A DNA stretch of 53,550 nucleotides, counting the filler, from Sphacelaria rigidula (lineage: Eukaryota), in assembly GCA_964200075.2 (NCBI GenBank). It is 2 parts of 2 records of this genome, joined end to end, with 100 filler letters (N's around TTAATTAATTAA, not from the genome) between each part and the next. Parts side by side here need not be neighbours in the genome. Positions count along the whole stretch, not along the records: positions 1 to 26,744 come from CAXNAA020000131.1; 1 more part is not named here. One strand, written 5' to 3'. Under the pieces are notes generated by a model, which searched no databases, was not told the origin of the DNA, and worked only from the letters and a program-made list of their open reading frames with translations. The translations under genes and the position numbers were made by a program. Every line of letters begins with the position of its first letter. Position 1 is the first letter of the stretch. This document shows positions 1 through 9,200 of the stretch, in pieces.

Positions 1-190
1 GCCATCATGCTTACCGCAAAAAAAACGCAAGCGCGCAAAAAAAACGGTAACCTGGTTGCCTAGCTTACGCAGTGAGTAACGTGCTTTATAGCGCCATCGC
101 CAACCTACGCCAACCTACGCCAACCATCGGGGGTCCGCCCCTACAAAGCCGGGACGGAGCACGCCGGGTTGTTGCCGGACCAGGCTGAGG
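1..190 (+). repeat. Family A repeat, 3' part
   Basis: CGGTAACCTGGTTGCCTAGCTTACGCAGTGAG...CCCTACAAAGCCGGGACGGAGCACGCCGGG matches 26925-27100 and 3640-3720. Confidence 0.85.
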
Positions 191-699
191 GTGAGAGGGC
201 GGGGGGGGCGGGAGGAGGGAACAACAGTGCAGGCAGGCAACCGCAAAATCATCAACAGGAGCAGCAACACACCTGCGCCAAACATCTAGGGCACGTGAGG
301 GAGCAACGGACAAAACACAACCGCCCGTGTAGTACAAGAACGGGCACTGTTGAGATGCGTCGAAGAGTTCGAACACATCCGAACCCCCCGGACACTTGGA
401 GAAGCAACTGGAAAGCCACGATAACCTCTACCATGCCGTGTAAACGACGAGGAAAATATGCGACACGACAGAAACACTTATAGAGGCGGTGAGGCGAAAA
501 CCCCAAAAGACAGTTGCACCGCGACTCACGAAGCCGTGACCATCGAACACCACAGCCGATAACGAGGTTGAAGGATATTTGGATATGCTCAACATGGAAA
601 ACGTAAGGAGCGAAAAAAAGTGAACTCAAACACCTTGGATGGTAGTAAGCGGTGCAATAGTTGAAAATACTTGCAAGAGAAACATTATTCAAGTATCCC

Positions 700-958
700 G
701 CGAAAAAGTATCGAGCCAATTAATTGCCTCCATAGGTGGGGTGCAATAATCGCAAATAGTTGCACTAGGGAAAAAAGTGTACTGCGAAAAATTATCAAAC
801 CAATTTGCCCTCGATAGGTGGTGCAATATAGCAGCAAATAATTGCACTAGGAAAAAAAGTGTACTGCGAAAAAGTATCGAACCAATTTGCCCTCTATATA
901 GGTGGTGCAATAGTCGAAAATAGTTGCACTAGGAAAAAGTGTACTGCGTAAAGTATTC
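700..958 (+). repeat. Three tandem ~83-bp subterminal repeats
   Basis: GCGAAAAAGTATCGAACCAATTTGCCC..ATAGGTGGTGCAATA..AAATAGTTGCACTAGGAAAAAAGTGTACT recurs at about 700, 785 and 867. Each unit contains the TIR-internal motif GGTGCAATA..TAGTTGCAC. Confidence 0.9.
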
Positions 959-1006
959 AGTTTTCCCCTTGGAGAAACTATTTCACACCCTGGACAATAC
1001 AATATG

Positions 1007-2395
1007 TAATATATATTGCCCGCTCAATATATCGAGGCGTCAGGTGGTCAATATATATTGGGCGAGCAATATGATGACACGAGAGAGGGTCAATATATAT
1101 TGTGCCATCAATATATCAAGGCTCGCGACATGCAATATATACCGACCGAACAATATATCACGACACGCGCCACCTCAATATATATTGGGCGAGTACTATG
1201 TTGGTGCGAGAAGGCACCAGTGTATATTTATCGGGCAATATACTTGCTGCCACCCGAGGTCAATATATATTGACGATTCAATATACTCGACACCCGAAGC
1301 GCCAATATATATTGGGTGGACAATACACGAGGGAACCGACGGTCAAAATACATGTTGATGTAGCAAAATATACTTATCTTCAACATATAGATTGGAAATT
1401 GTATTGGAATCAGTATTGTGGGCAGTTCTTTGTTCGCGGGCGCCATTCAAATACGTATTTTACATGCCGAAATGCTCAATGTATTCCTCCGCAAGCGTGT
1501 TCAATATATATTGGCTGCACAATAGCTATCCGATCAGCGTGCGCAATATGTATTGGAAAAAAAATACTTCTGCATGGTTTGCGTTCAATATATATTACGG
1601 TAACAATATGCTACGCATCGCCTCGGCTCAATATACATTGACATACATTACTTCAAGATCATGACACGAGCAATATATGTTGTTGCTTCAATGTCTCCGA
1701 GGACATCTCAACACAATATATATATTGAAAGGACAATATTCGCGCTGGCTCCAATAAAAAGTATCAGTATCATATTGGAACATACTATATTGTCCAGGGT
1801 ATAAGCAACACAGCCCCGGTGACCACAGGGGTACCAAAATGCGCATATCGACCCGCGTTTTCTGTCGTCGTGACGTTTAGCCAAGATGTTGATATTACAT
1901 GCTGGAAAGGGGATGGGCGGCCCCGCACCGGTGACCAGATAGATATCAGGAGGCATATATACCGGGTCGCCTCTTCTGTCATCATATTCTCCAACCAGTA
2001 TACATATATATATATATATATCGAACGCATTCAACAACTTTCCGCAGTAATGCACGCGAACTTCTGCGGCTCCCTTTAAAGCTTTTCCCAATCTGCACGG
2101 GCTCCGGCATCCATCGCGTCTTGATCTCTCCTAGAGCGTACACGATACTTATAATATCTAATATATATTGGCCGGCCAATACATTGTCACCCACGCAGAC
2201 CCAATATATATTGATGGAACAATATGTGTTCAACCCGTTAGTACCAATATATATTGGGCAGGCAATATGTATGCAGTCCCACGACATCAATATATATATT
2301 GGGCGCGGAATACGTGTGCAGTCTACGGGTACCAATATATATTACACCGGCAATATATCGCAAAATTCCAATATGATCGACTAATATATATTGGA
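1007..2395 (+). repeat. Periodic array of palindromic CAATATATATTG plus CAATAT half-site with unique spacers, in three blocks
   Basis: Unit starts: 1007, 1049, 1091, 1133, 1176, 1218, 1261, 1303, ~1346; then 1502, 1544, 1586, 1629, 1671, 1714; then 2159, 2202, 2245, 2288, 2333, 2382. The period is 42-43 bp except for the last two intervals. Confidence 0.9.
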
Positions 2396-3205
2396 AACAT
2401 GTTGTATTGTCCAGGGTGTGAACTATTTGCAACTATTGCACCCCCTGTTATCCAAGGTGTGAGAATGAACAGCACACGAGTGTCGACTGAAAGGCGAAGA
2501 GGCTAGTCCACAAACGCCAACGAGCAATGAAAATTCGCCACAAGGAGAAAGAAAGACGCTAAAATTGCACATACAACTGAAACCGCCACGCTCTGTCTAC
2601 GACTCACATGTACATCACATTGTGAATCTGTGTCTGCACGTGGGGGAAAGATCTCAGATGAACATTCGAGGAGGACGAAGGGTCCAAGGGAGACAGAGAG
2701 AAGTAAAAAAATGTATTCATACAACCGTACTCACCTCGTCCTGCCAATCAATCATCTACAAATCAGCGGGAGGTGGGGTGAGGGCAACAAGCAGATTATC
2801 ATGTACGCCTAAATTCGCCACGTCACGTCACACCCCGCCCGCTCGCCCGCCTACAACTCATACGCAAATCAGGAGAGGCGTACTCATCTGCTGCCGGCCT
2901 TAGTCATTCGAGCATTGGTCACGCATCCCTTCCGAAGCGGAGCACTGTTTCTACTCCTAGTCGACACCTCAACCATTTGGGCGCACATGATGTTTTCCCC
3001 TATACATCACATGATAATATTTCACATATCTTATCCCCTTCCTGCTTCGCCGTCTGAGGTCGTTATCTCTCTACTAGCATAGCGATCGTTTTCTCGGTAT
3101 TGTACTCTCTGGTGTACCGAACGATTCCATGTCACATTCGTTTGGTACCTCATCTCCTCTGATACGCCCAGTTCCTTGTGTATTGTAGTTCACACGCCAT
3201 CAATA

Positions 3206-3730
3206 GGGGGTATGTACTCAACATCTTGCGGGTCGTAGTAAAAAGACCGTTGGCCTCGCATCCCTACAAAGCCGAGACGGAGCACGCCGGGTTTTCGCCG
3301 GACCAGGCTCGCAACCATCAACAAGCAAAACGTCGTGATGTGTTCGACCGTGCGCACGGGAAGGGTGATCTGCATCCTGCTACGATCGTTCGGGCTGAAG
3401 CGCACTTGTTGATGGGATACGGATGGCAGCCTCGAATGAGTTGCTTCATTTTCTGGTATCGCCGCCTCCAGAGACAGCCAAGGCTCACACACTGCCTTAT
3501 GGGTATCTCGCCATTTCAACGACACGTAGTTCGAAACGTAGTACGATCATCCCATTTGCGCGGACTTGAGGTTCTCCACCTCGCACAAGGTGATCCAACT
3601 TGACCCCTATGGATACCGCGAAATAAACGGAAGTGAGGAAAAAATACGGTAATCTAAGTGCCTAGCTTGTGCAGTAAGTGGCGTGTTTTACACGGTCGTT
3701 GCCGACCGACGCCAATCCTTGAAGGGGGAC
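3206..3730 (+). repeat. Abundant ~500-bp dispersed repeat, family A (near-complete copy)
   Basis: The core CATCCCTACAAAGCCGRGACGGAGCACGCCGGGTTTTCGCCGGACCAGGCTCGCAA and downstream blocks align by eye with copies at 1-190, 26845-27100, 27538-27735, 36248-36750, 46036-46340 and 49890-50247 (minus). Confidence 0.9.
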
Positions 3731-5445
3731 ATCAATCCTAGGGGGGGGGGAACGAGGGAGGGGGGGAGGGGGGTAAGCGAAATCCATCATACACCAACGG
3801 AAAGAGAAAAATACTGAAGGGTACACGGGGCAGAATTTTCTCGAAAGCAAAAATGAAGCAATTTTGATCGAAGTGGGGGGAACAGGATAGGCCTCCTCAT
3901 GCGGGCGTTTCGGAGAAGGGGACAAAGTAAAGGTTAAACTTCAGGAGAGACGGATCTGATATAATAGCTTCGATCGAAAAAAGCTTGACGCATTTTTTTT
4001 CTGTAAATTACAGGAGAGACACAAATTTAATAACTCCAACTCGAAAATTCTCCATGCATATATATATTTACATATATAGTGTATTGCGACCTGTCCCCTG
4101 AAAAAACAGATGACACGAAAATTCTTCAATTTCAGAGGTTCTCCGAAGACAAAGGCTGCGGCTTGAGAGCTAGCTCCGCGGGGACAGATGCTGTGATTCG
4201 AAGCCAACTGTGAACATTAAGGTACATTCAATACAGTGCCTGCAAGTCAGACATGCTGTTTACAGATAAAATCCAGGTCTTCATCACAGCCCCTGGGGGT
4301 GTTCTCTTCATCTATCCCTACATGCTTTTCAACGCCATTCATCGCGATACTACCAGTTTTATCACGTGTCGTCGTTACTTTGAACCCTTTGACCGGCAGG
4401 ACGGGTCAACCGTCGATTCGGTATCACTTTCACTCGAAACATGTGGCCGGCGGAAGATCCCCTCTGAACGGTACGACAGTTGAGTGCACAGCGAAGCCGA
4501 CCCAACACTGGTACGTACGGGCGTGTTTTGAAGTACCCGTGATACAGTCAGTGAGATGGGGTCTGATTTGAAGGGATCTTGAAAAGGCTTGCTGGCGAAA
4601 ACCTCTCGCACGGGGGGGTAAGAATTTTCTATTTTCTTCTATCCTTACAGTACTTGGAGGAGAGTGCCACCGGGTTACCGTTAGGGCCGCGTGGAAAGGG
4701 CGACTGAAGCTGTTTCGGAACAGTACAGTGTTGGGGTTCCAATGACGCTGCTATGCCGTGGGAATGGAGCGGAGTTCCTTTGTCCATCAAATCTCCATGA
4801 AGCGGCTACTCGTTGCTTGTCGCCGACTATGCAGGGAAACAGGGCAACATATTCCGCTGCGGTATGGCAGGGCCACCTGGACGCGAGTCCTGTCCTTTAT
4901 TGTCATTTGCTTTCGATACTACTGTGGTACCCTACGGTACTGTCTGCGGTGCATAAGCAGCTCAGTACAGGCACACAGTAGAGTTAGTAGCAGGCGGTGG
5001 AGAAAGCTTGTAGTGGGCATACGAGTATGAAGAGCGAGTTTTTGGTGGGCAAATGGAGATAGGCAATAAGTCCAATACCTTACGCGGTGCATTAGACCCG
5101 GCTAAAGCAGCAAATTAGCCCCGGCTAAAGCAGTTATTCCACCACCCATCGTTCAGTGGTGTGAAGTTTTGCGCCGAACAGACAATAGCCCAGGAGTTCG
5201 GAACGGCAGCCGCGAAGGGAATGCGGCGCATGGACAAAGTACAACCCCGACCCCAAAAAAATAGGTCTGAACTCCCCGAACATCCCGTTAACTCAAATGT
5301 TTTTGAGGAGATCTCCCCAACGTACAGTAGCTGCAGCTGTGTCGTTGACACGGAAGCATGGGTTCTCTGTCACCACGGGTGTTAACCTCCGTCAACCACA
5401 AGCGTACGATACTCGCAGATAACACGGTATGATAGCTCGACTCAC

Positions 5446-5575
5446 CATTTGCCGCTATGATGAAGTCGAAGAAAGAAACCAGCCCCACTTTGGACGCCGG
5501 ACTATTTGGCTGGACGCCCAGGACGCGATACCCGCATGCCTCAGCATCCTCCCCGCTGCTTTGTTTGTTTCCCAT
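5446..5575 (-). CDS. GORASP: GRASP55/65 (Golgi reassembly-stacking protein) family gene, first coding exon; remaining exons not identified in the window
   Basis: Translates to MGNKQSSGEDAEACGYRVLGVQPNSPASKVGLVSFFDFIIAANG. This has a Gly2 myristoylation-type start and matches the start of the first GRASP PDZ-like domain (GY.VL.VQ.NSPA...GL..FFDFI). It ends at a GTGAG donor (5445-5441), phase 1. Confidence 0.9.
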
Positions 5576-6256
5576 CGCCTCGCCACGCTCCAATTTCGGA
5601 ACAATTTATCCAGCTTCCAGAAAACCAGTGCTGCTCCACGGCGTCCCAGACGGCGTACGGATTAAAGAGAGAGAGAACAAGAGTATAGCGTACTTCTTCT
5701 ATTCTGCTATAAATCCTTGTTGTGTGAACCCTTACTAACTAGCCCTTCACGGTGCAGTACACGCAGTGCCATACACTCAGGGCAGCGCTTCTTGTGTGCA
5801 GATCTCCCACTATCGATGGAAGACGGAAACGGAAATGTAACTGTCTTGTAACCGTCATTTTTTGCCCGACACTGCCCGTCGGACCACATCCTCTCACCGG
5901 ATGTTGCGGATATATGACGAAGTATGTCTGTTGTCATCCGTACTCGTTCATTTTTGGATACAGCAGAGAACAGCTCACGCGCTGCCGACTGTACCGATCC
6001 CGAGCATAGTCTCCATACCTTGCTGCCCAGTTGACTCTACGCGTGCCGCACCCCGACCGACTCACGCGACAGCTCGGTAGCACACCCAGCGCCGCTTGTG
6101 CTCGTAGAGAGGAGGAAGAAGGGGTGCCTTTTCAGGGAAAGGACGTCCACTCAATTGAGCAGCACATATGAAGGAAGGGATACATCGCTGGAGAGCCTAC
6201 GGTAGATACTAGCGTTGGCACGAGTGCAACATTCGCGGTAATAATCTAGAAAAGGT
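5576..6256. promoter_or_regulatory. Putative bidirectional promoter / 5' UTR region between GRASP and WDR35
   Basis: The divergent start codons at 5575 (-) and 6257 (+) are separated by 681 bp. No specific promoter motif was identified. Confidence 0.55.
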
Positions 6257-9200
6257 ATGTTCATTTACCTGAGCAAAAAGATCGCGATCCCCAATGGCAC
6301 TAAGCTGGATAGTTTGGCATGGAACCCGGCGCAGGGCTGGATCGCCTGCGGGGGATCCAACGGTCTCACGAAGGTGAGCCACCAGTCTGAATGTGCTACT
6401 TATTCATGTTTAGATCACAGGGCAATCACGGTCCCGAGATTGAGCGGCGAGTGGGTCATGCCCCCACAACTCTGTGTAGTAAACTGCGGATGATGGTCGA
6501 TTTCGGAATAATTTCAGGGGATTTATGTCATTCGAACTGAAGGCGAAGCAGTCCATTCGAGTCCACTTATGCCCGTGCACCGCTTTTTGTACTGAGTTTC
6601 GTCGACGACTACTCCAGGAGAACATACCTCAGCCTACTTGTAGTCAAAAGGATAACGTGGTTGACCTCTACAAGCTCAGCCGTGGCCACAAAATGGGCAT
6701 ACCCAAGATACCGTTCGTTACAGCACGAAGTAGACGGAAGCACTCGCCGAAGTGCACTCGAGGGAGAACAAATTGTCAACTGTAAACGCGGGAGAATAAT
6801 AGAGAAAAGGGAAGAAGTACTCGTAAGAGGGAAATGCTGGGAAGAAAGGGGAGCGAAAAACAAATGAGGGAAATTGTACACGTCTGTTGGAAAGTGTTCA
6901 TCAACTGGTTCGCAACGAGTCCGCCCGTGGTCACAAGTTAAACGCCCCTGAGGCACATAAACGAGACCACTCACTGAGGGACAATCGGGTGGAAACAGGA
7001 CGAAAGGGGACAACACACACAAACAAAAAATCGTCAGATTCGCCAGAGTAAGAGAGGCGCCGATAGAACCCACGACAGAGTCTGCCAGAACTCCAGGTAT
7101 GAATGAGGACGTTCAAGAATTACAGATGCGGAAGCACGTTGCTACTCAACAATCTGAAAACCACACTATGATATGAGAGGCAAGCACTCTCACTCACCCA
7201 ACAAATCTGAAGGACAGGAGACACAAGTAATAGTACGAGCGCGAACGAACGAGAACAACGGAAGAGGTCGAGAGGAAAGTGAGCTAAGCTCGAGCTGCAA
7301 GCAAGATTGAGGGGTGGTTGATGACCAGATAAGGTAGAAATATCAATCTTCCCCCCCGCCCCCTCCCGCCTCTTGTCAGGGATAGCGGGTGTGTCCGAAT
7401 ACCCAAATCCGGACGGATACACGACTTCAACGCGTATTTCCGCGAATCCCAACTCGAAGCTTACAACGTACGCATCCAGACTGGATCCAATGAGTTCATA
7501 AAGGGGTTACATGTCGAACAGTCGACTGCAGTAAGGATTATAGCCTCTGCCACACGATCTGGACAAAAAGACTTTCAACGAGGGACTCCTCCACTATTAC
7601 TGGCCTCGTGCTCCACAAGTCCTTTCTTCTCACTTGTTACTATCACGGAGTGATCCTCAACAGATCACATCACGAGCCAGACAGCAAGGGGCCACACAGA
7701 AGGGGGCCATCAATCCAGGATCCCCTATCCCCTGCCACTGCTCCAATCATGCATGCGGTTACACTGAAACCTACGGCTTGGTATCATTTCGGCTACAGCA
7801 CCCTCAAAGCGAGTTCAAGACAGACGAACGAGCTTGACAACCAACAAAAACCAAGGCGAAATCGCATGCGCCAGATCACAAAGAAAAATCATACTCCGAC
7901 GCTAGTTTACTGTCAACCGCAGTTGACGCAGCTCCTTCAATACAAATTCAGGCGCAGAAGAGTGAATCTGCCAAGAGACTTCCACGTACGTTCTTCAGCA
8001 CCGAACCCATCCCGATCGACCAAAACAATGATTTCACCATTGTCATCCTCAGCGACGTGCACCAAAGCATTCATCCGACATTCACCTTGAGCATACGAAT
8101 GCTGAAGTTCATCTTTTAGTTCCGCAGTGATGTGCAACTGCGAGTCAGCATAGAAACGCAAATGAGTGACGTGGGCCGAGTGTATGGCGCCAGAAACAAT
8201 GCTCTGTACCGAATACACGTGAGCGTGATCGGCTCCGACCACTCCCCATGGACGGACATCAACTTTGGCGTCACACCTTGCCTGCGAACACGGGCATACA
8301 ATACGAAATATCCAACTGCAAATTTGGGCAACACAGCCTGGCCCTGAGCACGCTTGCGTTTGGTTTCGCGAGACACCGCGGCAGCAGCTTGCACTTCGTT
8401 ACAAAACCGCACTTACTCGTCTCAAACTTTGTCACGCAACATATCAGCATCCATGACATCGACGTTCCACTCGCCGCCATGAAAACAAAACAGCGCGGAA
8501 AACCTTGTACGCGGCGCATGCCCAAACACCACACAATACGGAGTGTTACGGTAGCGTTCACGAAAATAAGTATTCAACGCCCACTGAGCGGCTGGCAAAA
8601 CATCAACCCATTTAGACACCAGCCGTCTTTGTTCTAACAAAATCAACCGCAAAGCACGAACAACCTCTCTCATCATGCGTTCACAAGCACCATTCGACCA
8701 AGGGGTATACGCAACAGCAAGTTGGTGCTGTACCTTGGGCGCGTCGCTCAGCTGCGCGATTACTTGATTCTTGAAGTGCGTGGCGGTATCACTAACCCAC
8801 ACACGCGGCACCCCCAAAGTCTTGCACCAATGCAGCAAGTGCTTAGCCGTACCCTCCGCGGTGCAAGCCTCGGTCGGCTCCAACCAAACGAAATTTGTTA
8901 AACCATCCATGATGACCAAAACGTACCGAAAATCACCCTCATCAGGCAAACCGTTAGCACCTTCAGATCCGCTACTTCCGACGTACAGAAAACCAAAATG
9001 AACAACTCCACCTGGCGCAGTATCATGCACAGTATCGCCATACCGACGGGGTACAGTCGCTCCAGCACGAGTGTCTACACAATGCAAACACTGGCGAACG
9101 AAGTCGCGGACGTGGAAATCCATATGAGGCCACACACAGTATTCTTTCAAACGAAACAGAGTCGGCGCCACACCACGGTGACCAGCCGACNNNNNNNNNN

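Larger units (their letters stand above)
631..2459. mobile_element. Non-autonomous TIR element carrying a 42-43-bp periodic repeat-spacer array
   Basis: The left end CACCTTGGAT..GGTGCAATAGTTG (631-663) is the inverted counterpart of the right end CAACTATTGCACC..ATCCAAGGTG (2430-2459). A second inverted pair, TTCACACCCTGGACAATACAA, lies at 982-1002 and 2402-2422. No credible ORF and no clear TSD. Confidence 0.75.

Noticed and set aside
1007-2395. Calling the array a bona fide CRISPR locus
   Set aside because: The repeats (12+6 bp) and spacers (18-19 nt) are shorter than CRISPR norms, the context is a eukaryotic intron, and no cas-like gene is present. It is reported as an unclassified array instead.
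939-2506. ORFs with recurring QYILG / NIYW / IYIG peptides, suggesting a 14-aa repeat protein
   Set aside because: They are translations of the CAATATATATTG array. The 43-bp units shift frame and the same peptides appear on both strands because the motif is palindromic.
2735-2755. Possible 21-nt minus-strand micro-exon (tag|ATGATTGATTGGCAGGACGAG|gtgag) as GRASP exon 2
   Set aside because: Joined in phase 1 to exon 1 it gives an early TGA, and it does not resemble the expected GRASP sequence.
6639-7530. Purine-rich segment with TGTAGTC...GACTGCA or TGTAA...TTACA ends, resembling a solo LTR
   Set aside because: Neither pair of ends has a target-site duplication, and there is no second copy in the window.
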